A stretch of 64,000 bases of DNA from Candidatus Binatia bacterium (GCA_963666515.2 OY762897.2:1568001-1632000); one strand, 5' to 3'; shown: positions 47,328-57,734, counted from the first letter of the stretch. Notes: a model not told the origin generated them from the letters alone. Program-made: numbers and translations.

Positions 47328-48847
47328 TCGCGCGGTGCTTCCACGCCCAACCTCTTCTCGATCTCGTCCTCCAGGGAACTGCCCCGGCGCGCCTGGATCG
47401 CGGAGTAGACCAGCGTCCCGACGATGAGGAGGGCGATGCAGACCACGGTGGGCTGCAGGAGCCAGCCCGCGCCGTAGGCGCTGCTGGAGATCCACAGGTA
47501 GTTCTCGACGATGGTCCCCAGCACCAGGCCCAGCACGAAGGGAGGCCGCGGCCACTGGAACAGCACCATGACGTAGCCGACGATGCCGAAGATGACCGTG
47601 ACGATGATGTCGCTGAAGTTGTTGTGGGCGGCGAAGGCGCCGAGGAACACGAACATCAGCAGGAACGGTATCAACAGGTGGCCGCGCACGAAGGTGAGCT
47701 TCACGAGTTGGTTCAGAAACAGGAAACACGCGCCCGCGGTGAGGATGTTGGCCACCACCAGGATCCACACCATGGCGAAGGTCACGTCCAGGTGCTTGGT
47801 GAGCATCTCCGGACCGGGATTGAGGCCGACGATGAGAAACGCTCCCAGCAGGATGGCCATGGCGCTGCTGCCGGGAATGCCGAAGGCCACCGTGGGAATG
47901 AGGTTGCCGCCTTCGCGGGAGTTGTTGGCCGCGCCGGGCCCGAGGACGCCGCGTACGTCGCCCTTGCCGAAGCCGCTCTTGTCCTTGGCCGACTGCACCG
48001 CGTGGCCGTAGGCCAGCCATTGCGAGACGCCGCCGCCCAGGCCCGGCAGGGCGCCGATGAACGCGCCGATGAAGCCGCAGCGCATGGTCAGTGCGAAATG
48101 GCGGAAGGTGTCCTTGACCCCTTCCATGACGCCGGTGATCTTGCCGATCTTGGCCTCGGCGATGCTGGTGCCGCGCACCGCCAGGTCGATGATCTCCGGG
48201 ATGGCGAAGAGCCCGACCACCACCGGGCCCAGGCTCAGGCCGTCCCAGAGATACAGCGTGCCCATCGTATAGCGCAGCGTCCCGGTCTGGGGATCGACGC
48301 CGATGGACGCCAGCATGAGTCCGATGCCGCCGCACAGGAGCCCCTTGGTGAGAGACGACCCGCTCAGCGACGCGATGAAGGTGATTCCCAGGATCGCCAG
48401 CATGAACAGCTCGGGAGAGCCGAAGAACAGCACCAGCGGACGCATGATGGGAATGGCGAGGGCCAGGATGACGGCGCCTTCGAGGCCGGCCACCAGCGAG
48501 CTCATGAGCGCGGCGCCCATGGCCCGGCCGGCTTCCCCGTTCTTGGTCATGGGGTAGCCGTCCATGATGGTGGCCGCGGCCGTGCCTTCTCCCGGGATGC
48601 CGAAGAGGATCGAGGTGAGGTCACCGGTGGTGCCGGTGATGGCGTGCATGCCCAGGAGAAAGGCAAAGGCCGAGATCGGCTCCCCGATCTTGTAGGCGAA
48701 GGGGAGCATCAGGGCGAGGGTGGCCAGGCCGCCCAGGCCGGGGAGAATCCCCACGACGAACCCCACCAGCGCGCCCAGCAGCAGGAAGCCGAAGGCCGGC
48801 CAGGAGAGGACGTGGAGCAGTCCGTCTATGAAGGCGTCGAGCATCAT
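47324..48847 (-). CDS. tctA: Tripartite tricarboxylate transporter permease TctA
   Basis: GILPGLG, IPGEG..A.IMDGYPM, AANNS..GGNLIPT..FGIPG. Confidence 0.92.
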   Translation of the reverse strand: MMLDAFIDGLLHVLSWPAFGFLLLGALVGFVVGILPGLGGLATLALMLPFAYKIGEPISAFAFLLGMHAITGTTGDLTSILFGIPGEGTAAATIMDGYPMTKNGEAGRAMGAALMSSLVAGLEGAVILALAIPIMRPLVLFFGSPELFMLAILGITFIASLSGSSLTKGLLCGGIGLMLASIGVDPQTGTLRYTMGTLYLWDGLSLGPVVVGLFAIPEIIDLAVRGTSIAEAKIGKITGVMEGVKDTFRHFALTMRCGFIGAFIGALPGLGGGVSQWLAYGHAVQSAKDKSGFGKGDVRGVLGPGAANNSREGGNLIPTVAFGIPGSSAMAILLGAFLIVGLNPGPEMLTKHLDVTFAMVWILVVANILTAGACFLFLNQLVKLTFVRGHLLIPFLLMFVFLGAFAAHNNFSDIIVTVIFGIVGYVMVLFQWPRPPFVLGLVLGTIVENYLWISSSAYGAGWLLQPTVVCIALLIVGTLVYSAIQARRGSSLEDEIEKRLGVEAPRE

Positions 48848-48874
48848 GGCCTGGTAACTACCTCCCCCTGGGAG

Positions 48875-49930
48875 CTACCTCCCGAGAAGCCCCCTGACGC
48901 CGTCCACCACCTCCTTGGGCTGGCTTACGACGGCCTGGGCCACCTTCTGCAGATCCTCGCCCCTCAACAGCTTGAAGGGCACCATCCGCCCCTTCTTGGC
49001 CTCGGCCCCCAACTCCGGATCCGCCAACGTCTTGGCGTAGGCGTCGCGCAACATCTTCACGCGGTCCGCCGGCACGCCCGGCGCCACGGCGAACGGACGC
49101 CCGAAGTCGCCGCTGGCGAAGATCACCTTGGACATGGCCCGCACCAGCTTCGGGGCGTTGTACTTGTCGAACAACTGGGAGAGGGTGGGGACGTCCTTCA
49201 TCCTCGGGTCCGGCTCATCCCCGCTCTGAGCGAGCTGCCGGACGAACTTGTTCTTGTGCCAGGTGAGATAAGGCTCGCGGCCGAAGTGCGGGGGAATGGT
49301 CATGCCGCGGCAAAGAACCTCTCCCCGCTCCACCGCCAGGTCGATCTCGCTGCCGCCGGGATAGCCCATGACGAAATTGAAGTTCGCGCCCACGCCCTTC
49401 TCCAGGATCTTGCCCATTAGATAGCTGTTGCCCGCGGTGCCCGAGTTGCCGAGTCTCGCAGGCTCCTTCTTCTCCTTGATCAGTGCATCGATGCTGGTGA
49501 ACTTCGAGTCGCTGCGGCAGAAGAGCACGGAGTGGCTCACCTCCTGCGTGCCGATCCACTGGAACTTGGCGATGTCGAAGCGCACCTCCTTCCGCCCCAC
49601 GACCTGGTCGAGGTACAGCCCCGCCAACGGCATCACCAGGGCCGTGCCGTCCTGCTTGGCGATGTTGTAGACATAGTTGGCGGCGATGAGAGAACCGGCC
49701 CCGGGCATGTTCTGGACGATGATGTCGGGCTTGCCCGGGATGTACTGGCCCATGTGCCGCGCGAACAGCCTGGCCCACCGGTCGTAGAACCCGCCCGGCG
49801 AGCAACAGACGAGGATGCGTATGGTCTTTCCTTCGTAGAAGTCCTTCGCCGCCGACTGTCCGGCAAAGCTCATGACCATGAACCCGCCCAGCAGCAGCAC
49901 GAGAAAAATTCGACAGATCGCTCGCTTCAT
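48875..49930 (-). CDS. tctC: Tripartite tricarboxylate transporter substrate-binding protein
   Basis: Signal peptide, GKTIRILV..PGGFYD, QNMPGAG, GYPGGSE..LAVERGEV. Confidence 0.88.
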   Translation of the reverse strand: MKRAICRIFLVLLLGGFMVMSFAGQSAAKDFYEGKTIRILVCCSPGGFYDRWARLFARHMGQYIPGKPDIIVQNMPGAGSLIAANYVYNIAKQDGTALVMPLAGLYLDQVVGRKEVRFDIAKFQWIGTQEVSHSVLFCRSDSKFTSIDALIKEKKEPARLGNSGTAGNSYLMGKILEKGVGANFNFVMGYPGGSEIDLAVERGEVLCRGMTIPPHFGREPYLTWHKNKFVRQLAQSGDEPDPRMKDVPTLSQLFDKYNAPKLVRAMSKVIFASGDFGRPFAVAPGVPADRVKMLRDAYAKTLADPELGAEAKKGRMVPFKLLRGEDLQKVAQAVVSQPKEVVDGVRGLLGR

Positions 49931-50011
49931 TGCACACCTCCGTGTTTGGAACCGAGGGCCCTGCGCCACACAAACGGGCGCAGGGTTACGACTCGCCTTT
50001 CCCGTCCTTGT

Positions 50012-50506
50012 CTATTCAAAACCCAGCCAACGAAACACCTGTCCCTCGGGAAACGGCAGCAACAGCGTCCGCTCGAACACCACGTAGTAGATGAGCCACG
50101 CCGAGGCCGTGAGGATCAGCGACATGGGCCAGCCTTCCTTCGACTGAATCTTCAGATAGCCGAAGGTCATTGCCGCCACGGTAATGGAAAACCCGATCAG
50201 CCAGATACCGGCCATGAATCCCACGATCCAGGACAAGATGCTCGTCGTGCGCCTGACCGCCACCGCCCAGTCGACGGTCTGCGTGAGCTGGAAGTCGGCG
50301 GGCGTGTTGCTCGAGGCGCTCTCGCTCTCCTCCCTCGGCCCCCTGAACTCCTGGATGATATTGATGACCGCCAGCAGGATCATGGGAATGCCGATGGCCC
50401 ACGGGTAGAGACGCGCCTGCAGGCGCCACTCGCCCGCCTCCCAGACCAGGTAGCAGAAGAAGATGAGCACCAGGAAGCTGAAGCCCATCCTGGGTGTCAG
50501 TCGCAC
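50012..50506 (-). CDS. tctB: Tripartite tricarboxylate transporter small subunit TctB
   Basis: 4 TM helices, ARLYP, FERTLLLPFPEG; adjacent to tctA/tctC. Confidence 0.85.
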   Translation of the reverse strand: MRLTPRMGFSFLVLIFFCYLVWEAGEWRLQARLYPWAIGIPMILLAVINIIQEFRGPREESESASSNTPADFQLTQTVDWAVAVRRTTSILSWIVGFMAGIWLIGFSITVAAMTFGYLKIQSKEGWPMSLILTASAWLIYYVVFERTLLLPFPEGQVFRWLGFE

Positions 50507-50533
50507 GTGAAAATCCCGTTGCCCGCGGCGCGG

Positions 50534-51547
50534 CTAGCTCCAGCCGTAGAGCGCCTTGGCGTTGTCGCCCAGGAACTTGGCCTTGAAGTCGTCCGAGATG
50601 TCGGTCCGTTCCTTGATGGTCTTGGTGACGTTGGGGAACATGCCGTCCCAGTGCGGGTAGTCGGAAGCGAACACGATGTTCTTGTCGCCGATCCGCTCGA
50701 TGCCGTAGGGCAGGCTCTCCTCCTCAGGCTCGGCCGCGTAGTACCAGTTCCCAGCCTTCATGTACTCGCTGGGCTTGGCCTTGAGGAGCGGCGCCTCGGA
50801 CTGCCGGTGCTCCCACTCCTCGTCCATGCGGTCCATCCAGTAGGGCACCCAGCCGACGCCGCACTCCAGGAACGCGATGCGGAGCTTGGGGAACCGCTCG
50901 GGCACGCCGCCGTACATGAGCGCGGCGCAGTCCAGCATGGTCTCGAAGGGACGGCCGATGGTGTGCTTGAACAGGAACGTATCGAAGCGGTTCTCGCCCG
51001 CCGGACCCGAGCGCGAGTTGTGGATCAGGAGCGGCACGTCGAGCCGCTCCAGCTCCTCGTAGATGGGCCAGAACAGCTCCTGCCCCAGGTGGTCCTTCAT
51101 GCCGAAGGTGCCCACCGTGATGCCCACCACGCCGAGCTTGGTGACCGCGCGGTTGATCTCTTCAACGGCCGCGGGCACGTCCTGGAACGGCGCGACGCCG
51201 ACGCCCTTGAGCCGTTCCGGCGCCTCGCTGCACATGCTGGAGATCCAGTTGTTGTAGGCGCGCGAGAAGGCCCCCGCGTACGCCTTCTCCGGCATGCGGT
51301 TGACGTGGAACGCGCCGGTGGGAAACAGCACCGACACCTCGATTCCCTCGGTGTCCATGTCGCGCAGGCGCGTGGGGACGTCGGTGATGTTCATGCCCAG
51401 CGTGCCGAACATGCTGGAGTCCCACTCGTCCGAGGGCAGCAGCGAGCCTTCCCGCTTGTTCCAGGGGTCCTCCATGTGGGCGCGGATGTCCGCGTCCCGG
51501 TCCCGGACGTGTCCGTCGGCGTCAATGATCTTGGCGTTCACGTTCAT
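50534..51547 (-). CDS. Amidohydrolase_2 family protein
   Basis: IDADGH, LLIH, ECGVGW, ASDYPHWD. Confidence 0.92.
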   Translation of the reverse strand: MNVNAKIIDADGHVRDRDADIRAHMEDPWNKREGSLLPSDEWDSSMFGTLGMNITDVPTRLRDMDTEGIEVSVLFPTGAFHVNRMPEKAYAGAFSRAYNNWISSMCSEAPERLKGVGVAPFQDVPAAVEEINRAVTKLGVVGITVGTFGMKDHLGQELFWPIYEELERLDVPLLIHNSRSGPAGENRFDTFLFKHTIGRPFETMLDCAALMYGGVPERFPKLRIAFLECGVGWVPYWMDRMDEEWEHRQSEAPLLKAKPSEYMKAGNWYYAAEPEEESLPYGIERIGDKNIVFASDYPHWDGMFPNVTKTIKERTDISDDFKAKFLGDNAKALYGWS

Positions 51548-51566
51548 GTCAACCTCCTTCAAGGGG

Positions 51567-52607
51567 TTATTGCGAAAACCGTACCTGCGCCGGGTTCAGC
51601 GCGCCGTGCCTGGACTTGTTGGCGGTGATGTCCAGCGCCTCGGGCATCTTGTCGATGCCCTCCAGCTTGTGGGTGATCATGGGGTCGATGTTGATGCGCT
51701 TCTGCGCCACCAGCCGCGCGGCCAGGGTCATTTCGCTGGGAGCCGCCAACTCCGGCGGGAACATGTAGGTGACCCGCTTGGCCCTGAGGTAGTTGAAGTC
51801 CAGGGTTACGGGCTCGTGGAAATGCGGGATGCTGAGGACCTTGCCGCCGGCGGCCACGCACGCCACCGCCTCCGACACGGTGGCGCCGCCCGAGAGGCCC
51901 ATCTGCGGGCTGCCGCTGGCCGCCTCGATGACGAAGGGAATGCCCTTGCCGCCGCTCAACTCCATCACCGCGTCCACCACGTTCTCCCTGGACGCGTCGA
52001 TGGTGACGTCGACCCCCAGCTCCTTGGCCAGCTCCAGGATCTCCGGCCTCATGTCGGTGCCGATGACCGTGTCCGCGCCAGCGGCCTTGGCCGCCTGCGC
52101 CGAGTTGAGGCCCATGACTCCCTGGCCCAGCACCAGCACCGTGTCCCCCAGCGTCACCCCCAGCACCTGGATGTTGTGGACGCAGCTTGTCAGCGGCTGC
52201 AACGCCGAAACCTCCCAGTCGCTGATGCCTTCGGGTATCTTGGCCAGCGCGTCCAGCGGCACCGCGGCGTACTCGGAGAAGAGTCCGGGGAAATCCCGGC
52301 CGATGGTACCGATGTGGGTGTGGGTCGCGCCCACCCGGTCGCCCACCGAAAGACCGTAGCCGTTGTCCTCCTCGATCTCGACGATCTCGGCGCAGAACTC
52401 GTGGCCGAACAGGGGCTCAGGACCCTGGGCCAGCTTCTTCTTCACCTTGTCGTAGCTGTTGGAGCGTTCGCCGTAGAAGAGCTGGACCTCGGTCACCGAA
52501 GGCTGCACCACCCGGGTCTTCAGCACCGCCCAGCCAGGCCGGCATTCCGGCTCCGGCAACTCCTCCAGCCGCATGTCCTTGAACGCGTGCGTCACCCAAC
52601 CGCGCAT
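51567..52607 (-). CDS. MDR-superfamily dehydrogenase with atypical zinc sites
   Basis: GHEF, GDRV, LGQGVMG; QPSVTE replaces GICGSD and no structural-zinc Cys cluster is present. Confidence 0.85.
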   Translation of the reverse strand: MRGWVTHAFKDMRLEELPEPECRPGWAVLKTRVVQPSVTEVQLFYGERSNSYDKVKKKLAQGPEPLFGHEFCAEIVEIEEDNGYGLSVGDRVGATHTHIGTIGRDFPGLFSEYAAVPLDALAKIPEGISDWEVSALQPLTSCVHNIQVLGVTLGDTVLVLGQGVMGLNSAQAAKAAGADTVIGTDMRPEILELAKELGVDVTIDASRENVVDAVMELSGGKGIPFVIEAASGSPQMGLSGGATVSEAVACVAAGGKVLSIPHFHEPVTLDFNYLRAKRVTYMFPPELAAPSEMTLAARLVAQKRINIDPMITHKLEGIDKMPEALDITANKSRHGALNPAQVRFSQ

Positions 52608-52791
52608 GATGCTTTCTCCCTTCAGGGGCGTGACCCGGAATGGCTGCTTCCGCTGACTAATAGTGAAAGGCCGGGGATTTTGCAAGGCGGACCGGGCCGC
52701 CCCGTGTCCTCAGGAGGACGCGGCTTGCATGTTCGCCAGCCGCGTTCTATGATTAACGCCTCTCCTTGCGCGACCGCGCTTCACGTACAAT

Positions 52792-52868
52792 GGCGGTGTA
52801 GCTCAGTTGGTCAGAGCACGCGGCTCATATCCGCGGCGTCGCTGGTTCAAGTCCAGCCACCGCCACCA
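52792..52868 (+). tRNA. tRNA-Met(CAT), elongator type
   Basis: GGCGGTGTAGCTCAGTTGGTCAGAGCA-CGCGG CTCATAT CCGCG-...GGTTCAAGTCCAGCCACCGCCACCA; G1:C72 paired; TTGCAT-N17-TATGAT upstream. Confidence 0.93.
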
Positions 52869-52902
52869 TTCACCCCTTTCGGCGGCCTCCCGCGGCACAG
52901 GT

Positions 52903-54663
52903 TCACGACGTCTTGCGAGACGCCGGGGCGTCCACGTGAACCGTGACGATGTCGGTGTCGTGATACTGCTGGTGATGGACCCTGGAGGCCAGGTGACGGA
53001 GCAGCCGGAGCGAGAGCTCCCGCTCTTCCGGCGCATCGACGGGACCGTTTCCGAGCAGCGCGATGCTGTCCTGGATGTTCTCCGTGCCGGCGCCGGCGAC
53101 GAACTCCAGCACGGCTCCGCCGCCTTCCTTGCGGGCGGTCAGCCGCAGCCGGCGCGGTTCCCGTCCCTCGCCCTGCTCGTCCTCGCGCATGAGCGTCAGC
53201 AGCGTCTCCTCGCCGGCGGCATCGAGACGGTCGGCCATGGCCTTGTCCCAGCCGCCGCGTGAAGCGAAGGCGGCGAGGAATTCGCGGATCTTCGGCAGCG
53301 CTTCCAGCCCGAACTCCACCTCCATGCGGCTCGGCCGGGGCGCGGTCAGTTCCACGAACGCGGTCATGAGGATGGCCACCAGCCCGCCGGCGGTCATGCC
53401 GTTCTGCAGCAGCCCGCCGGCCAGTTCGCCGAAGTATTCCGGGAAGATGACCCCGTTCTGGAAGCCGACCCCGGCCCAGAAAGACACGCCCACCACCAGC
53501 CCGGTGCGGTAGTCCAGCTCATCGTGGACCACCACCTTCATGCCGACCACGAACAGCATGGCCAGCAGCACGGTGGCGTAGGCCGCGACCACCGGCGCCG
53601 GGACCGCCAGAACGACCGCAAGCACCTTGGGCAGAAACGCCATGCCGACGAAGATCAACCCGATGGCGATGCCGACGTTGCGGGACGCGACGCCGGTCAG
53701 CTCGGTCACCGAGATGCTCGTCGAGTAGGTCGTGTTCGGCACCGTCCCGGCGAGGCCGGACAGCAGATTGCCCACGCCGTCCGCGCCCACCGCGCCCTGC
53801 ACCGCGCGGAAATCCACCGCACGGGTTGCGCGCCAGGAGACGCGCTGGATCGCCACGGCGTCGCCGATGGTCTCGATGGCGCCCACCAGGGTCACGAACA
53901 CGAACGCCGGCAGCAGCGCCCAGAAGACCCCTCCGAAGCTCAGGTCCAGGCCCGGCCACGTGCCGTCCGGAAGCCCCACCCAGGACGCCTTGGCGACCAT
54001 GCCCACGTCGTAGATGCCGAACGACGCCGCCACCACGGAGCCCACCACGACGCCGATGACCGGCGCCCACAGCCGCAGCGATCCGCTGGCCTTGAGGGCG
54101 ATGCAGGTGATCACCAGCACGGTGACCAGCGCGCTCAGCGGCGCCGCCAAGGCCGGGGAACCCTTCGGCACGTCGTCCAGCATGCCGAAGATGATGGGCA
54201 TCACCGTCACCGGGATCAGCATGATGACGGTTCCCGCCACCGCCGGCGTCAGTATCCGCCGCATCAGCGAAAGCCGGGACGAGAGGAGGAACTGGAAGAA
54301 CGACGAAACCAGCACCAGGGTGGCGAGCATCGCGGGGCCGCCCTTGACCAGGGCCGTGACGCAGACCGCGATGAACGCTCCCGAGGTGCCCATGAGCAGC
54401 ACGTGCCCGGCGCCGAAGCGGCCGACCCGGACCGCCTGCAGCACGGTGGTCACGCCGCTGATGGCAACCGCGGCGAACACCGCCCAGGAAAGGAACGCTT
54501 CGCTGCCGCCCGCGGCCCGGATCACGATGGCCGGAGTCAGCACGATCCCGGCGATGCAGAGAATGGCGAGTTGGAGGCCCAGCCCGAAGGCCAGCGCCAG
54601 CGGCGGCTGCTCGTCGGGCTGGTAGCGGATGCTCGTGCGATGGCCGGAGTCGTCGGTTGGCAT
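52903..54663 (-). CDS. NCS2 (xanthine/uracil) permease with C-terminal degenerate HATPase-like domain
   Basis: YQPDEQPP, GTSGAF, IETIGD, ADGVGN..PNTTYS; soluble tail of about 140 aa. Confidence 0.85.
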   Translation of the reverse strand: MPTDDSGHRTSIRYQPDEQPPLALAFGLGLQLAILCIAGIVLTPAIVIRAAGGSEAFLSWAVFAAVAISGVTTVLQAVRVGRFGAGHVLLMGTSGAFIAVCVTALVKGGPAMLATLVLVSSFFQFLLSSRLSLMRRILTPAVAGTVIMLIPVTVMPIIFGMLDDVPKGSPALAAPLSALVTVLVITCIALKASGSLRLWAPVIGVVVGSVVAASFGIYDVGMVAKASWVGLPDGTWPGLDLSFGGVFWALLPAFVFVTLVGAIETIGDAVAIQRVSWRATRAVDFRAVQGAVGADGVGNLLSGLAGTVPNTTYSTSISVTELTGVASRNVGIAIGLIFVGMAFLPKVLAVVLAVPAPVVAAYATVLLAMLFVVGMKVVVHDELDYRTGLVVGVSFWAGVGFQNGVIFPEYFGELAGGLLQNGMTAGGLVAILMTAFVELTAPRPSRMEVEFGLEALPKIREFLAAFASRGGWDKAMADRLDAAGEETLLTLMREDEQGEGREPRRLRLTARKEGGGAVLEFVAGAGTENIQDSIALLGNGPVDAPEERELSLRLLRHLASRVHHQQYHDTDIVTVHVDAPASRKTS

Positions 54664-54860
54664 GATGTGACCCCGTGGGACGCGAACCTGCGACGGCGTG
54701 CTGTCCAGGATCATTGTCGGCACAGACAAAGAAAATATATCAGACCATTTTAGGGCGGCCAATACCACGCTGGACTTAATCTCTGCCGTCTTCCTGTCTG
54801 ACAAACCAGGACCATCTCAGTCTGGACACCAACTTGAGTATTTGCCCCAGTACGGTATGA

Positions 54861-55170
54861 TGAACTGGTCCCGGAAAATCGGACAGGTTGCTAAGGAGTA
54901 TTCCACCGACCGAAGGAGGAATACGCGATGAGCACACGACGGCGATTCAGCGGGGAGTTCAAGGGCAAGGTGACCCTGGATGCGTCGCGCGGGGACAAGA
55001 CGATCCGGGAAACGGCCACACGCCACAAGGTGCATCTGAAGCAGGTAAGACGCTGGGGACGGCCGGCGGTGGACGGCATGCAGGACGTCTTCTTCAACGG
55101 GCGGAACCGGCTCGTGAGAACATTTCATCGAACACCTTCGGTACCCCTTCAAGTACAAGGCCGTCTACCT
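54861..55170 (+). mobile_element. Internally deleted IS3-family relic
   Basis: Left IR TGAACTGGTCCCGGAAAATCGGACA, orfA start MSTRRRFSGEFKGKV (54928), then an orfB C-terminal fragment (F)IEHLRYPFKYKAVYL. Confidence 0.75.
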
Positions 55171-55460
55171 TCTACTAATTCTCCGACAGCTTCGAGGGAG
55201 ATTCTGCCTTGACAGCCTCCACCCCGACCGGGGTTTTACGAAAAGGGAATGCTTCTGCTAACGCAGGCCAAGCGCAGCAGCTCGCTTTCCCCTCCCTCGG
55301 CTCAACCGGAACAGCAAGACATGTTAAACAGGAGCTTGGCGGCATGGCCCTACATTCGGAATACACGTCATCTCTGCAGCCCAACCGTCCAACAAATTGG
55401 GATCAACTCAATCCTACTGGCGTCGTGCATTGGAGTTGACCCGATTAGGTGGACACCTAA

Positions 55461-56510
55461 CCCAAGTTTAACAGAGGTAGTTGAGAGTCGTTATAATTCA
55501 TGGGGTTAGCGGGGCAATTTTGGTCTTCTGGCACTACATTCTGGTGTTTTTGACGATAATTCCAAGAGTTCAGACGGTCAACTTTTTGATACCGCCGGGT
55601 GCGGGATTGAGCCCGAGAGCGTTGTAGATTTGGAGTTGCTGGGGCTCGGCCCGGGTGGCCTTACGGACATGCAGGGTGCGGCCGTCCTTGCGGCGGAAGG
55701 TGGCGGTGACCCGGTGCTGGCCTTGGAGGATGCAGCGCAAGGTGGTCCAACTGGCGGTCTCGCCCAAGGCCGCGAGGCGGCGGCGGATGATCTGCACGAG
55801 TTGGTACGCGATGACGGTGATGAACAAATGGCCGTCGGAGCGGTGCTGCTTTTGGTGGAAGATGGGGCGCAGGCCGAGTTCGGACTTGAGGGAGCGGAAC
55901 ACGGCTTCGAGATCGGTGATCATGGTGTAAGTGCGCCAGAGGGTTTGCGGGTCCCAGTCGCCGAGGTTGGTGCGCAGACAGTAGACGCCGGGATGAGTGA
56001 GCATGGTGCCCGGGCGGGGCTGGCGCTCCCAGGTGACGGCCGCGGCCTTGCCGCCTTGGGGGTCGGCCACCACCTCGACCCGGTAATGCTGCGCGGCCCC
56101 TCGGCTTTGTTCCTGGATGCGCCCGATGCGCTGCCAGACATGGTCGAGGGCCTTGCGGGGGCGGGAGAGCCCCTCATGGAGTTTTTGCAAGGCGCCTTCG
56201 AAGCGTGCGGCAAAGCGTTTGGAGATGCCTTCCTCCTTCTTGGCGCGAGCTTCGGAGTAGCAGTACAATCGCACCTCGTCGTGGTCCTCGTCAACGACCC
56301 GGTGCAGGTGAACCTTGTGGTGAGAGCGGGTCTCGATGGCAGTGGCCAGTTCGGGATCGAAAAGCCGGGTGCGTTGGCGGCTGACCACCAGATAGCGGTA
56401 GCCCTGGTCCCGCAGCCAGGCGATGTTGTTCTCGGTGGCAATGCCTGCATCCATCACCACCACAGCATCGGCGGGCGTCTGGAGGGCTTCAAGCATGGAC
56501 GCCAGGGTCT
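55461..56510 (-). pseudogene. 5'-truncated IS1634-family transposase and element end
   Basis: VVMDAGIATE, GVYCLRTN, LEAVFRSLKSELGLRPIFHQ, HLFITVIAY; stop at 55570; N-terminus missing. Confidence 0.8.
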
Positions 56511-56932
56511 TTAAGGGTCTTCGTGAGGACGGATTGACGACGGCGGAGCGCGAGGAGTTGCGTCGGCTTCGGCGGGACAATCGCCAGCTCCGCGAAAAGC
56601 GGAAGATCCTAAAAAAGCCGCGGCTTGGTTCGCCCGGGAGACTGGGACAGTACCGGGGAGGTTTTCGAGTTCGTGAAGGCGAATCAGGCCGAACATCGGG
56701 TGGCCACGATGTGCCGGGTGCTGGGCGTCTCCCTCAGCGGGTACTACGCGTGGCTGGGGCGCGGGCGGTCGCGTCGTGCCAAGCGCGACGAGGAGTTGCG
56801 CGGGGCGATCCGAAAGATCCACAAGGCTTCCCGAGGCACCTACGGGGTTCCTCGGGTGCAGGCGGAGTTGGCCGCTGCCGGCTCGGCTGTGAGCCGCAAG
56901 CGGGTGGCGCGTCTGATGCGCGAGGGCACATG

Positions 56933-57030
56933 GAGAGCCGATGCGGTGAGAGTCGCACGTCCGGTTCGGAGGGCGGGCCGGAGAAACCCATCGCTCGAAA
57001 GACGACAGGGCGCTCCGGTCCGACCCCTAC
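56933..57030 (+). ncRNA. Group II intron remnant (domains V-VI, 3' splice site)
   Basis: GAGAGCCGATGCGGTGAGAGTCGCACGTCCGGTTCGG (DV), then a DVI hairpin ending CGACCCCTAC; IS3 orfB resumes with TYVPTW. Confidence 0.85.
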
Positions 57031-57734
57031 ACGTACGTGCCGACCTGGACGGGATTCGTGTACTTGGCTATAGTGCTGGATGTGTTCAGCCGCAAGGTCG
57101 TGGGGCGGTCCATGACTCATCATCTTCGTACCGAACTGGTGCTCGCAGCGCTCAACATGGCCGTCGGCCAGCGCCGTCCCACGGAGGTGGTCCATCATTC
57201 CGACAAGGGCTCCCAGTACACGTCGCTGGCCTTCGGCAAGGGCTGCCGCCAGATGGGAGTGCTGACCTCCGCCGGGTCGGCCGGGGATTGCTACGGCAAC
57301 GCCATGGCCGAGAGCTTCTTCGCCACCCTGGAGTGCGAGCTGAGCGAGCGGCAGGCGTTCCAAACCCAGGCCGAGGCACGCATGGCCGTCTTCCAGTTCA
57401 TCGAGGGCTGGTACAACACCCGACGCCGGCACTCTGCCCTACGCTACCTGAGCCCCAACGACTTTGAGCGCGCCGTTGAGGCGGCTGGGGCGCATCCTGA
57501 TGGCAACACTGGCCCGAACCAGGAGACCGACCCTGTCGTCTTCCTGATCCCCGAGCCGGATGTCCATGACCGCCCTCGGGGGCTCAATCCCTCGGTAATG
57601 GGGAAGGCTATGTTTCCAACGGCTGTCGCGCACCGCGGTGCCGGTGCATACAGCCCCCAACTATCCACGGGGTAACTCCACATTGACTCTTTTCACACTA
57701 AATTCTGACGACCACCGTAAAAGGATCTAGTACC

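Larger units (their letters stand above)
55431..57680 (+). mobile_element. IS3-family element with both ends and CAT target duplication, disrupted by nested insertions
   Basis: TGGAGTTGACCCG... and ...CGGGGTAACTCCA flanked by CAT on both sides; orfA tail LTTAEREELRRLRR, AAAAAAG at 56611, orfB with HHSDKGSQY and NAMAESFF. Confidence 0.85.

Noticed and set aside
52792-52868. tRNA-fMet or tRNA-Ile2 identity for the CAT tRNA
   Set aside because: The 1:72 pair is Watson-Crick and there is no GGG/CCC anticodon stem, so not initiator. The GGC acceptor start favours elongator Met; Ile2 is not fully excluded.
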